Source: Sandaracinaceae bacterium (GTDB taxonomy: Bacteria > Myxococcota_A > Polyangia > Polyangiales > Sandaracinaceae). Taken from it: a stretch of 64,000 bases of DNA. The position numbers and the translations under genes are program-made. The notes below the pieces were generated by a model that searched no databases, was not told the origin of the DNA, and saw only the letters and a program-made list of their open reading frames with translations. Below are positions 36,792 to 51,741 of the stretch, one piece after another; the first letter of the stretch is position 1; every line of letters begins with the position of its first letter. The stretch spans positions 32,001 to 96,000 of the forward strand of contig JBGAQA010000011.1 in the NCBI GenBank assembly GCA_044220955.1, written 5' to 3'.

Positions 36792-37120
36792 GCGTGGCGG
36801 CGGCGGGGCGCGAGCGCGACGACGCGGAGCTTCCGGGTGGCGACGGGACGCCGGCCATCGACTTCACGACGTTCGTCCTCTCGATGAGCACGTCGTGCAT
36901 GATCCAGCTGGGCGAGCTCGCGAGCCCCGACGGCGGACAGCACGTCGACCTCGCGATGGCCCGCCACACGCTCGAGATCCTCATGCTCCTCGACGAGAAG
37001 ACCCGCGGGAACCTGCGCGGTGAGGAAGAGCGCGTGCTCCACCACGTCGTGGACGATCTGCGCGCGCGCTACACGGCCAAGCTCCGTGACGTCTCCGGCG
37101 ACAAGTCCGGCAAGAAGTGA
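36788..37120 (+). CDS. DUF1844 domain protein
   Basis: IDFTTFVLSM...LGE...DL..ARHT.E.L.LL.EKTRGNL..EE. Confidence 0.8.
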   Translation: MSVAAAGRERDDAELPGGDGTPAIDFTTFVLSMSTSCMIQLGELASPDGGQHVDLAMARHTLEILMLLDEKTRGNLRGEEERVLHHVVDDLRARYTAKLRDVSGDKSGKK

Positions 37121-37126
37121 AGTGAC

Positions 37127-37798
37127 GTGCGCCGCGCGTGGAGGCTCGCGACGCTGCTCGTCGTCTCCGTGCCCGCGTTCGCGTCGGCTCAGTCGGCGTC
37201 GCTGATCGACGACCCGGCCGGGACGACCCGCTGGGTGAGCGCGCGGATCCGGGCGTCACGCACCGGCCACGCCGATCTCGTGTCGATCCCGGTCGCGTTC
37301 GCATCGCTCGGCTGGGGCTGCACGTGCCCGGGGAACTACATCGGCTTCTCGCCCGACGTGGCGGGCGACGCTTGGCTCGATCTCGACCTCGGCCCCGGCG
37401 TGTCGCTGCCCGCGTACGCACCGGCGGCCGGGACGGTGATGCAGCTCGAGGGGTACTTCACCGGCAGCGTCGCGCGCTTCGCCGGCGACGGGCCCACACG
37501 CTACGCCGTGTACACGTTCGTGGTCACGCGGCTCGTCGCGCCGCACGTGAGCGAGAGCCCGCGGCTGCGTGTCGTACGCCCGGGCGCGCTCACCTGCACG
37601 AGCGCGGTGACCGACCCGACGCCGCTCCACGTCCACGCGCGAGGCGGCGTCCGATCCGAGGTGATCGGCGACGTCCCGCCCGGCGCGCTCGTGACGATCC
37701 GCGACGTGCGGGACGCGTGGCTCGCGCTCTCCGCGCCCACGCGCGGCTGGGTCTCGGCGTACGAGGTCACCACGACCTGCACGCCGGTCCCTCCCTGA
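37127..37798 (+). CDS. Secreted protein with C-terminal bacterial SH3-like domain
   Basis: Signal peptide ending ASA; PLHVH.......VIG.VP.G..V.I.....W......RGWVS. Confidence 0.6.
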   Translation: MRRAWRLATLLVVSVPAFASAQSASLIDDPAGTTRWVSARIRASRTGHADLVSIPVAFASLGWGCTCPGNYIGFSPDVAGDAWLDLDLGPGVSLPAYAPAAGTVMQLEGYFTGSVARFAGDGPTRYAVYTFVVTRLVAPHVSESPRLRVVRPGALTCTSAVTDPTPLHVHARGGVRSEVIGDVPPGALVTIRDVRDAWLALSAPTRGWVSAYEVTTTCTPVPP

Positions 37799-37911
37799 CG
37801 CGCGCGGCTCGACGCCGACGTGGCCCCACACGTTCCAGACCATCGCGGGCGTGCCGTTCGAGAAGGCCAGGAAAGGAAGCGCCGGCGGCGGGTGTTATCC
37901 TCCCGCCCTCG

Positions 37912-40485
37912 ATGTCGACCGTCACGCTCAAGCTCGATGCCTACGAGAAGGAAACCCAGCGCATCGTGCAGGCCGCGCAGTCGCTGGCCGACGAGCGCAG
38001 GAACCCCGAGATCGAGCCGCTCCACGCTTTCTACCGGCTCGTCGAGCGCAGCGAGGCGGTGCAGCAGGCCTTGGCGCGCGGTGGGATCGATCCGACGGAT
38101 GTGCTCCTCGAGACCGAGGCGCAGCTGCGCAAGCTGCCGCGCCAGTCGAGCAGCGTGGCGCACTTCTCCGCGCGGATGCACGACCTGATCGCGCGCGCCG
38201 AGGGCGAGGCCGCGCGCGACAAGGGCGCGCTCGTGTCGCCGGCCCACCTTCTGATGGCCTGCTCGCAGGAGACGGTGGGCTCGGTGCCGGCGGTCCTGCG
38301 CGCGGTGTCGCTCACCGGTCCGATCCTGCGTGCGCTCGCGACGGGCGTGGATCTCTCGAGCGGGGCACGTCCCGGCGGGGCCTCGAAGGGCGACCCGCTC
38401 GAGCAGTTCGGCCAGGACCTCGTGCAGCTCGCCAAGCGCGACGCGCTCGACCCGGTCATCGGCCGCGACGCCGAGCTCCGGCGGATGCTCTCCGTGATCG
38501 CACGCCGCTTCGAGAACGCGCCGCTGCTCGTGGGTGAGAGCGGCATCGGCAAGGCGTCCATCGTGCATGCGCTGGCGATGCGCATCGCGCGCGGCGACGT
38601 CCCTGCGCTCCTCGCGGGCAAGCGGATCGTGCGCGTCGAGCTCCCGGCGATGCTCGCGGGCGCGCGGCTGCGCGGCGAGTCCGAGGACCGCATGCGCCAG
38701 CTGCTCGGTGCCGCCAAGGACGGGGACGTCGTCCTCTTCTTTCCCGACCTGGGCCAGCTCATCGGCGAGCGGGCTCCCGCTGGAGCGGCGGGGATCCTCT
38801 CGTCGGCGCTCTCGCGCGGGGAGGTGCGCGCCATCGCGTGCGCGACGCCGGACGTGGTCAAGAAGGCGGGAGAGAGCGACGGGCTGCTCGTGAGGCGCTT
38901 CGTCGCGATCGACGTCGAGGTGCCGACGTCCGAGGAGGCCGTCGCGATCCTGCGCGGGATCGTCGGACGCTACGAGGGCATCCACGGCGTCAAGATCTCC
39001 GATCCGGCGCTGCTCGCGGCGGTGCGGCTCGCCCGCCGCTACGTGCCCGGCGCGAGCCTGCCCAAGTCCGCCGTCGATCTGATCGACGAGGCCGCTGCGC
39101 GGGTGCGCGTCGAGCTCGAGAGCGCCCCCGCGGAGCTCGACGCCCTCGAGCACCGTCTTCGCACGCTGCGCGCGCAGAGCGTCTCGCTCGAGGACGACCT
39201 CGACGACGAGAGCAAGCGCGCCAAGGCGACGCTCGACGCCGAGATCGCCGCGCTCGCTCCTCGCGCCGACGCGGCGCGCGCCGCCTGGACCGAGGCGAAG
39301 GGCCGCGCGGGCGCGGTCGCCGCGCTCGCCGCCAGCGTCGAAGAGGCGCACCGCGCGCACGAGGCGGCGCGCGCTGCTGGAGACACCGCGAAGGCCGGGG
39401 AGCTGCGCTTCGGCACGATCCCCCTGCTCGAGAAGCAGCTCGCGGAGGCTCGTGGGCCCGAGGGGACGCCTGCGCGGGTGCGCGATCGGGTCCTCGAGGC
39501 CGACGTCGCGGACGTCGTCGCGACGTGGACGGGCGTGCCCGTCAGCCGGATGATGGAGGCGGAGACCGAGAAGCTCCTCCGCATGGAGGAGCACCTCGAG
39601 AAGCGCGTCGTGGGGCAGGCGCCCGCCGTGAAGGCGGTCGCGCGCGCCGTCCGCCGGGGCCGCGTCGGCCTGCGTGACGCGCGCAAGCCCATCGGCAGCT
39701 TCCTCTTCCTCGGCCCCACGGGCGTCGGCAAGACCGAGCTCGCCAAGGCGCTCGCCGAGTTCCTCTTCGACGACGAGGCCTCGCTCACCCGCCTCGACAT
39801 GAGCGAGTTCATGGAGAAGCACATGGTGGCGCGCTTGCTCGGCTCGCCCCCCGGCTACGTCGACAGCGAAGAGGGCGGCTTCCTCACCGAGGCGGTCCGG
39901 CGTCGTCCGTACTCGGTGATCCTCTTCGACGAGATGGAGAAGGCTCACCCGGACGTCTTCAACATCCTGCTCCAGGTGCTCGACGACGGCCGCCTGACGG
40001 ACTCGCGCGGTCGCCTCGCGTACTTCGCCGACACGGTCATCATCATGACGAGCAACGTCGGCGGGCGCGCCATCCTCGATCACGGCGAGGGCGTCACGCG
40101 CGACGCGATCCGGGAGAAGCTCGAGGCGGAGCTACGCAAGGCGTTCCGTCCCGAGTTCGTCAACCGCATCGACGACATCGTGATCTTCGACCCGCTGGGC
40201 AAGGCGGATCTGCGTGGCGTGGTCGACATCCAGCTCGGCGGCGTGAAGAAGCTGCTCGCCGACCGACAGATCACCCTCGAGCTGAGCGACGCCGCCAAGG
40301 AGCGGATCGTCGATCTCGGCTACGAGCCGGCGTTCGGCGCCCGGCCGCTCAAGCGCGTGATCCTCAAGCACGTGCAGGACCCGCTCGCCGAGGAGATCCT
40401 GCGCGGCGGCTACACGGCCGGCGACGTCGTCCGCGTCGACGTGGGCGAGGGCGGCGCCTTCGCGTTCAGCCGCGCCCGAGCCTGA
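37912..40485 (+). CDS. clpB: ClpB-like AAA+ chaperone (NBD1 degenerate, NBD2 intact)
   Basis: Clp N-domain, LDPVIGRD.E.RR, middle coiled coil (KAGELRFG.IP.LE), GPTGVGKTE, RLDMSEFMEKH, LFDEMEKAH, FRPEF.NR, FGARPLKR. Confidence 0.85.
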   Translation: MSTVTLKLDAYEKETQRIVQAAQSLADERRNPEIEPLHAFYRLVERSEAVQQALARGGIDPTDVLLETEAQLRKLPRQSSSVAHFSARMHDLIARAEGEAARDKGALVSPAHLLMACSQETVGSVPAVLRAVSLTGPILRALATGVDLSSGARPGGASKGDPLEQFGQDLVQLAKRDALDPVIGRDAELRRMLSVIARRFENAPLLVGESGIGKASIVHALAMRIARGDVPALLAGKRIVRVELPAMLAGARLRGESEDRMRQLLGAAKDGDVVLFFPDLGQLIGERAPAGAAGILSSALSRGEVRAIACATPDVVKKAGESDGLLVRRFVAIDVEVPTSEEAVAILRGIVGRYEGIHGVKISDPALLAAVRLARRYVPGASLPKSAVDLIDEAAARVRVELESAPAELDALEHRLRTLRAQSVSLEDDLDDESKRAKATLDAEIAALAPRADAARAAWTEAKGRAGAVAALAASVEEAHRAHEAARAAGDTAKAGELRFGTIPLLEKQLAEARGPEGTPARVRDRVLEADVADVVATWTGVPVSRMMEAETEKLLRMEEHLEKRVVGQAPAVKAVARAVRRGRVGLRDARKPIGSFLFLGPTGVGKTELAKALAEFLFDDEASLTRLDMSEFMEKHMVARLLGSPPGYVDSEEGGFLTEAVRRRPYSVILFDEMEKAHPDVFNILLQVLDDGRLTDSRGRLAYFADTVIIMTSNVGGRAILDHGEGVTRDAIREKLEAELRKAFRPEFVNRIDDIVIFDPLGKADLRGVVDIQLGGVKKLLADRQITLELSDAAKERIVDLGYEPAFGARPLKRVILKHVQDPLAEEILRGGYTAGDVVRVDVGEGGAFAFSRARA

Positions 40486-40572
40486 GGCCGCGCGGCGATC
40501 CGCTTCCAGTGTCGATGGAACGCTTCCTCCGCGGCGGGGCGTCGCGGTACCCTCCGGGCCGTGAGGTATCGC

Positions 40573-43500
40573 ATGACTTGGACAGCCAGGTGCGCGTTCG
40601 GAATCTGCTTGGTGCTCGTCGGAGCGGCCCCCGGGTGTGGCGGCGGGGCCTCGATGGACGACGCCGCGGCGCCGCGTCCGGACGCCAACGACGGCGACGC
40701 GAACACGCCGGAGTGCACGACCGACGCGCAGTGCAGCGACGGCCTGTTCTGCACGGGCATGGAGCGCTGCACGGCGGGCCGGTGCGTCGCGGGCACGGTC
40801 GCGTGCGACGACGGCATCGCCTGCACGTCCGACACGTGCGCCGAGTCGCTGCGCAGCTGCGCGCACGCCGCGCCGGACGTGGACGCCGACGGCTACGGCG
40901 ACGCGACGTGCCTCGACGGGGCCGGGGTGCCGATCGGCAACGACTGCGCGGACTCGGACCCGAACACGTTCCCCGGCAACCACGAGGTCTGCGACCCGGC
41001 GGGGCACGACGAGGACTGCGACCCCGCCACCCACGGCAACACCGACGCGGACTCGGACGGCTACGAGTCGATCGCCTGCTGCAACCCGAACCCCGCCGGC
41101 GGCGCGGCGCTCTGCGGCGCCGACTGCGACGACGCTCGGGCCGCGACCAGCCCGGTCGGCACGGAGACGTGCGACGGCCTCGACCAGAACTGCAACGGGA
41201 TGATCGACGAAGGCACGCTCCTCGACGGCTTCGAGGACCAGGACTTCGACGGCTACGGCGGCTCCACCATCGCGCACGAGTGCGCGGCCTCGCCCGGCTT
41301 CTCGACCATCGGCGGCGACTGCGACGACACCAACTCGTACGCGAACCCGGGCCTTCCCGAGCTCTGCGACGTCGGAGCGCCGGTCGACAACAACTGCGAC
41401 GGCAGCACGACCGACACGCCGGGCACCACGAACTGGTACGCCGACGTCGACGGGGACGGGTTCGGCTCGGCCGCCTCGGGCGTGACCGTCTCGTGCACGC
41501 CGGTCACGGGCACCTCGCTCCGGAACACCGACTGCAACGACATGCGCGCGGACATCAACCCCTCGCAGGCGGAGCGCTGCGACGGGATCGACGACGACTG
41601 CAACGGGCGCATCGACTACCAGATCGCCCCGGGCAACCTCGAGGACGACGACGCCGACGGCTACATCGACATCGCCTGCACGCCGCTCGGCATGGACTGC
41701 GACGACAACAACCCCGCGTCGGGCCCAGGCGAGATGGAGAGCTGTGACGGGCGCGACAACGACTGCGACATGCGCGTCGACGAGGGCGCGACCTCGCTCG
41801 TCTACTACCGCGACCTCGACGCCGACGGGTTCGGGTCGGCGATCTCCGGGACGATCGTCGCGTGCATGGCCAGCGCGGGCTACGTCGCGCGGGCGGGCGA
41901 CTGCAACGACATGGACGCGATGCGCTTCCCGATGGCGAACGAGCGCTGCGACGCCGCGGACAACGACTGCGACTCGGCGGTGGACGAGGCGCCGGCCGCG
42001 TCGTCGTGCGTGGTCGATCACGCGACCGCGGCCTGCTCGGGCGGGCGCTGCGCGGTCGGCACCTGCGCGGCGGGCTACTCCGACTGCAACCACGACCCCG
42101 TGGACGGCTGCGAGGCCATGGGCGTGGGCCCGGGCATCTCCGACGTGTGCGACGGCATCGACAACGACTGCGACGCGCGCATCGACGAGAACGCGCCCAC
42201 GCAGGTCTACTACCGCGACCTCGACGGCGACGGGTACGGCTCGACGGCGTCCGGCAACACGCTGGCCTGCATGGCACCGGGCGGGTTCGCGGCCATGGCC
42301 GGCGACTGCAACGACGCCGACCTGACCCGGCACCCGGGCGGCAACGAGCTCTGCAACGGAGGGGACGACGACTGCGACGGCACCATCGACGAGGCGCCCG
42401 CGTCGAGCTCGTGCACGACCCTGGCGCACGCGAGCGGGGCGTGTGTCAGCGGCGGCGCCTGCGGCATCGTGAGCTGCGACGCGGGGTTCGCCGACTGCAA
42501 CCACGTGGCCTCCGATGGCTGCGAGGTCATGGCCGCCGCGACCGACGGCTGCGACGGGGCCGACAACGACTGCGACGGCCGCATCGACGAGAACGCCACG
42601 ACGACCGTCTACTACCGCGACCGGGACGGTGACGGCTTCGGCTCCACGACGTCCGGCTCGATGCTCGCGTGCATGGCCGGCTCGGGCTTCGCGCCCGCCG
42701 CCGGTGACTGCGCCGACATGGACGTGGCGCGCTATCCGGGTGCCGTCGAGCGCTGCAACGGCACCGACGACGACTGCGACGCGACCGCGGACGAGTCCCC
42801 CGCGCAGTCGTCTTGTTCGCTCGCGAACGCGACGGCGGTCTGCGCGAGCGGAACGTGCGGGATCGGGAGCTGCACCGGCGGCTTCTCGGACTGCAACCAC
42901 GTGACGGGGGACGGATGCGAGGCGTTCGGCGCCGGGCCGGGCTATCCGGACGTGTGCGACGGAGTCGACAACGACTGTGACAGCCGCTTCGACGAGGACG
43001 CGTCGACCTCGGTCTTCTATCGCGACGTCGACATGGACGGCTTCGGCGCGACGACGTCGGGCACGGTGCTCTCGTGCCAGGCGCCCTCCGGGTACGTGGC
43101 CGGGTCGGGCGACTGCGCGGACATGAACCCCGCCCGCCGTCCGGGCGCGACCGAGGGTTGCAACGCGGCGGACGACGACTGTGACGGGGCCGTCGACGAG
43201 GCGCCGGCCACGGCGGCGTGCGGCGCCGTCGCGCACGGCGTCGCGGGCTGCCTGAGCGGCGGCGTCTGCGGCATCGCGAGCTGCAGCGGCGGCTACGCGG
43301 ACTGCAACGCCACGTCTGCCGATGGCTGCGAGGCACCTCTGGCGACCGACGTGAACCACTGCGGCAACTGCTCGACCGACTGCAACGCCGCCCCGCGCGT
43401 CGCCGGAGCGACCTGCACCGCGGCTCACTGCACCGTGACCTCGTGCGCGTTCGGGTACGCCGACTGCGACGCGTTCGCGGCCAACGGCTGCGAGATCGCG

Positions 43501-44376
43501 ACCCAGAGCGATCCGCTGAACTGCGGAACGTGCGGCAACGCCTGTGGCGTCTCGCAGGTGTGCTCGGCCGGGACGTGCGCGCTCGGCTGCGCGCCCGGCC
43601 TCGTCGTCTGCGACGGTCGCTGCGTCAACCCGCTCAACGACGTCAGCTACTGCGGCGCGAGCGGCACGTGCATGGGCGCGCAGCGGGGCGCGGTCTGCCG
43701 GCCCGGCGAGGCCTGCGCGAGCGGGTCGTGCTTCGCGTCCTTCATCAGCCCGGGCATCGACGCCGTGTCGATCTCGGCGCCGCGCGACGTCAACTACACG
43801 CTGGACGCGCCGGGCTCGGCGACCATCTTCTACACGCTGGACGGGACCGTGCCGGGCGTGAGCGGCAGCACGGTCACGGCGGCCGCGCCGACGACGCTCG
43901 CGCCGCTGCCTGGTCCCTCTCCGGTCACGATCCGCTGGGTCGCGCAGTTCGCCGGTGGTGGGACCGAGACCATCGTGCACGAGGTGCAGGTCGGCGTGTC
44001 GAGCGGGTACGCATCCTCGCTCGGCCAGCTGACCGAGTTCCTCGACATGAACGGCGAGGGCCCGGTCGCGGTCGTCTCGCCGGGCGCGCTCGTGACCGGG
44101 AGTGCGCGGCTGCAGACGTGGCGCTCCGACGTGGAGGGCTATTGTCCGGGCTGCGTGCTCGTGCCGGACCTCGGCTGTGACGGCGTCGGTCAGATCATGT
44201 GCTACGGGCCCTACGGTGGGGGCACGTATCCGGGGACGACGGGCACGTACGGCTTCTCGTTCAATGCGCCCGCGATACCCGGTCGCTACTACATCCGGTC
44301 TGGCATCGGCCTCGTCTACGACTGCTCCATGGCGGGCGGCGGCGGCGGACCCGTGGGCGTCCTCTACGTGCGCTGA
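40573..44376 (+). CDS. Large Cys-rich surface lipoprotein with tandem MopE-like putative metal-binding repeats
   Basis: Lipobox APGC; many DCND....PG..E.C.G.D.DC...DE and YYRD.DGDG.G motifs; D..NCG.C repeats; TIFYTLDG..P (chitobiase/FN3-associated-like). Confidence 0.85.
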   Translation: MTWTARCAFGICLVLVGAAPGCGGGASMDDAAAPRPDANDGDANTPECTTDAQCSDGLFCTGMERCTAGRCVAGTVACDDGIACTSDTCAESLRSCAHAAPDVDADGYGDATCLDGAGVPIGNDCADSDPNTFPGNHEVCDPAGHDEDCDPATHGNTDADSDGYESIACCNPNPAGGAALCGADCDDARAATSPVGTETCDGLDQNCNGMIDEGTLLDGFEDQDFDGYGGSTIAHECAASPGFSTIGGDCDDTNSYANPGLPELCDVGAPVDNNCDGSTTDTPGTTNWYADVDGDGFGSAASGVTVSCTPVTGTSLRNTDCNDMRADINPSQAERCDGIDDDCNGRIDYQIAPGNLEDDDADGYIDIACTPLGMDCDDNNPASGPGEMESCDGRDNDCDMRVDEGATSLVYYRDLDADGFGSAISGTIVACMASAGYVARAGDCNDMDAMRFPMANERCDAADNDCDSAVDEAPAASSCVVDHATAACSGGRCAVGTCAAGYSDCNHDPVDGCEAMGVGPGISDVCDGIDNDCDARIDENAPTQVYYRDLDGDGYGSTASGNTLACMAPGGFAAMAGDCNDADLTRHPGGNELCNGGDDDCDGTIDEAPASSSCTTLAHASGACVSGGACGIVSCDAGFADCNHVASDGCEVMAAATDGCDGADNDCDGRIDENATTTVYYRDRDGDGFGSTTSGSMLACMAGSGFAPAAGDCADMDVARYPGAVERCNGTDDDCDATADESPAQSSCSLANATAVCASGTCGIGSCTGGFSDCNHVTGDGCEAFGAGPGYPDVCDGVDNDCDSRFDEDASTSVFYRDVDMDGFGATTSGTVLSCQAPSGYVAGSGDCADMNPARRPGATEGCNAADDDCDGAVDEAPATAACGAVAHGVAGCLSGGVCGIASCSGGYADCNATSADGCEAPLATDVNHCGNCSTDCNAAPRVAGATCTAAHCTVTSCAFGYADCDAFAANGCEIATQSDPLNCGTCGNACGVSQVCSAGTCALGCAPGLVVCDGRCVNPLNDVSYCGASGTCMGAQRGAVCRPGEACASGSCFASFISPGIDAVSISAPRDVNYTLDAPGSATIFYTLDGTVPGVSGSTVTAAAPTTLAPLPGPSPVTIRWVAQFAGGGTETIVHEVQVGVSSGYASSLGQLTEFLDMNGEGPVAVVSPGALVTGSARLQTWRSDVEGYCPGCVLVPDLGCDGVGQIMCYGPYGGGTYPGTTGTYGFSFNAPAIPGRYYIRSGIGLVYDCSMAGGGGGPVGVLYVR
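41803..43330 (+). repeat. Four tandem intragenic units of about 135 aa (402-405 bp)
   Basis: (Y/F)YRD.D.DG(F/Y)G starts at 41803, 42208, 42610 and 43015. Confidence 0.8.
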
Positions 44377-44403
44377 ACCAGTCGGCGGTGCTGCGACGCG
44401 CGA

Positions 44404-44928
44404 TCAACCGATCGCGCTGCGCAGCATCGCGAACACGACGACTCCGGTCACCGACACGTAGAGCCAGATCGGCAGCGTGAAGCGCGCGATCTTGCGATGC
44501 CGCGGGTGACCGGAGGTGATGCCGAGCCAGGCGCTCGCGAGCACCATCGGCAGCGCTCCGATCGAGAGCAGCACGTGCGAGGCGAGGATCGCGAGATACA
44601 CGCCGCGCAGCGGCGCGCCCTCGGGGTAGCGCGTGTCGCCGTGCGCATAGTGGTACGCGACGTAGCCGACGAGGAAGCACGCGGACGAGCCGAGCGCCGA
44701 GAGCATGAGCGCGCGATGCAGCGTCCGGCGCTTGCTCCGGATCGCGACGAAGCCGAGGACGAGCAGCGCGGCCGAGAGCGTGTTGAAGACGGCGTTCACC
44801 GCCGGCAGGAAGGCGAGCGCGCTCGCGTCACCCGCGGGCTCGTGCAGGTAGAGGATGTATGCCAGCGCGGCGACGGCGATCGCCGACACGATCGTCACGA
44901 CGAGCGCGAGCGAGCGGCTTGCTTCCAC
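44404..44928 (-). CDS. DUF420 family membrane protein
   Basis: LPAVNA.FN, HRALM, FLVGYV.YH, ILASH..L, HRKIAR.T.PIWLYVSVTG. Confidence 0.88.
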   Translation of the reverse strand: MEASRSLALVVTIVSAIAVAALAYILYLHEPAGDASALAFLPAVNAVFNTLSAALLVLGFVAIRSKRRTLHRALMLSALGSSACFLVGYVAYHYAHGDTRYPEGAPLRGVYLAILASHVLLSIGALPMVLASAWLGITSGHPRHRKIARFTLPIWLYVSVTGVVVFAMLRSAIG

Positions 44929-45009
44929 GGCGCCGCCATAGGACCCGGCGATCGGCCACGCAAGGCCGAACAACCTTCGGCCACACGAGGGCGGTGGGCG
45001 TCGCCGGCC

Positions 45010-45111
45010 GAACATAATTCGTAAATGGTGTCCGCTGACGAATGATTGGGTGTCCGTAGTGTCGTATGGCCGAAGAACATTCTTGACACGTCGCGTTAGC
45101 GCCCGTAATTC
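45010..45111 (+). promoter_or_regulatory. AT-rich divergent control region with TTGACA box upstream of lrp-gltBD
   Basis: Locally AT-rich island; TTGACA at 45083-45088; -10 only weak (GTAATT/TAATTC). Confidence 0.4.
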
Positions 45112-45121
45112 CAGCAGCGCC

Positions 45122-45657
45122 ATGGGGCACGAACATCACGATCTCGACGACATCGACCGGGCTCTGCTCGGCCACCTCATGGACGACTGCAAGCAGTCGC
45201 TCGCCGCCCTCGGCGAGAAGGTCCATCTCTCTCCGCCATCGGTGCTCGAGCGAGTGCGCAAGCTCGAAGAGGCGGGCGTGCTGCGCGGCTACCACGCCGA
45301 GGTGAGTCCGAAGGCCGTCGGCCTCGACATCGGATCGTTCATCGGCGTCGGCATCGACCACCCGCGGAGCATCCCCAGCTTCGAGAAGCACATCGAGGGC
45401 ATGCCCGAGGTGCTCGAGTGCCACCACGTGACGGGTCGCCACACCCTGATGCTCAAGGTGCGCACGGCGGACACGGGGTCCTTGCACCAGCTGATCAGCC
45501 GCCTGCGCGAGCTGCCCGGGGTCGCACGCACCGAGACGATGGTCGTGCTCGCGACGCAGATCGAGCGCTCGCGCCTCGCGCTTCCCCAGCCCGTCGAGTC
45601 CGCGCCGCGGCGCCGCGTGCGCGCGCACTCGCGCGTTCGCGAGGCGGGGGCCGCGGA

Positions 45658-45661
<4 letters not shown>
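45122..45661 (+). CDS. Lrp/AsnC family transcriptional regulator
   Basis: LDDIDRALL...S...LG..V.LS.P.V.ERVRKLEEAGV..GY; EVLECHHVTG; ATGA overlap with gltB. Confidence 0.92.
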
Positions 45662-50261
<4,600 letters not shown>

Positions 50262-50265
<4 letters not shown>

Positions 50266-51713
50266 CCAAGCCGACGGGGTTTCTCGAGATCGCGCGCCGG
50301 GATCCGGACGAGCGTGACGTGGCCGAGCGGATCCGCGACTTCGGCGCGATCGAGCGGCGCCTGCCGGTCGTCGCGATCCGCGAGCAGGCGCGGCGCTGCA
50401 TGGGGTGTGGAGTCCCCTTCTGTCACGCAGGGTGTCCGCTCGGCAACGCCATCCCGGACTTCCAGGACGCCGTCGAGCGTGGCAGCTGGGCGGAGGCGTT
50501 CGCGCTGCTCGATCGGACCAACAACTTCCCCGAGGTGACCGGGCGCGTCTGCCCTGCACCCTGCGAGGCGTCGTGCGTCCTCGGCATCGGCGATCAGGCG
50601 GTCACGATCGAGAGCATCGAGCGCGAGCTCGCCACGCGCGCGTTCGACGAGGGCTGGGTGACGCCGCGACCGCCGGAGCGCGAGACGGGACGCCGCGTGG
50701 CGGTGGTCGGCTCCGGCCCGGCCGGTCTGGCCGCGGCGCAGCAGCTGCGGCGGGCGGGGCATCGCGTCACCGTCATCGAGCGCGCCGAGAAGCCGGGCGG
50801 TCTTCTGCGCTTCGGGATCCCCGACTTCAAGCTCGACAAGACGTGGCTCGACCGGCGCCTCGCGCAGCTCGAGGGCGAGGGCGTGGTCTTCCGCTGCGGC
50901 GTCGCCCTCGGCCACGACGTCTCGCTCGAGGCGCTCCGCGGCGCCGAGGATGCCGTCGTGCTCGCGACGGGCGCGACCGTCCCGCGCGATCTCGCGATCC
51001 CCGGGCGCGAGCTCGGCGGAGTGCACTTCGCCATGGACTTCCTGGCGCCGCAGAACCGCGTGGTGAGCGGCGCGCTCGCGGTGACGCCGCTCGACGCGCG
51101 CGGCAAGCGCGTGGTCGTGCTCGGCGGCGGCGACACGGGCTCGGACTGCGTGGGGACGGCGCTCCGGCAGGGGGCTGCCAGCGTGACCTCCATCGAGCTC
51201 CTGCCGCGGCCGCCCGACGCGCGCGCGGCGTCGACGCCGTGGCCGCTCTGGCCGCTCGTGTTCCGCGTGTCGTCGAGCCACGAGGAGGGGGGGACCCGCG
51301 AGTTCGCGATGCGCACGACGCGCTTCGTCGGCGACGCGTCCGGGCGCGTCTCGGGGATCGCGGGCGTGCGTGTGGAGCGTCGCGGGAGCGAGCTCGTCGA
51401 CACCCCGGACGGCGAGCGGGTGATCGAGGCGGACCTCGTCTTGCTCGCGCTCGGATTCCGCGGGCCGGAGCGGGAGCCCGTCGCGCGTGTCGTCGGCGAA
51501 GGCGGCCTCTTGGCTGCGTCCTCCGACCGGTTCGAGACGGCCATTCCGGGCGTGTTCGCCTGCGGCGACGCGCGGCGCGGGCAGTCCCTCGTCGTCTGGG
51601 CCATCTGGGAGGGTCGGCGCGCCGCCGCGTCCGTCGACGCGTGGCTCGGAGCGCGGCCCGTTCGCGCGTCGATGCGCGCCCCGGAGATCCCGTTCGGCGC
51701 GCCGGGAGCGTGA
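50262..51713 (+). CDS. gltD: Glutamate synthase small subunit
   Basis: RCMGCGVPFC...CP, TNNFPE.TGRVCPAPCE, GSGPAG, GGGDTG.DC, GQSLVVWAI.EGR. Confidence 0.97.
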
Positions 51714-51741
51714 GCGGCGCCGCGCGGGGCAGAGCCTTCGC

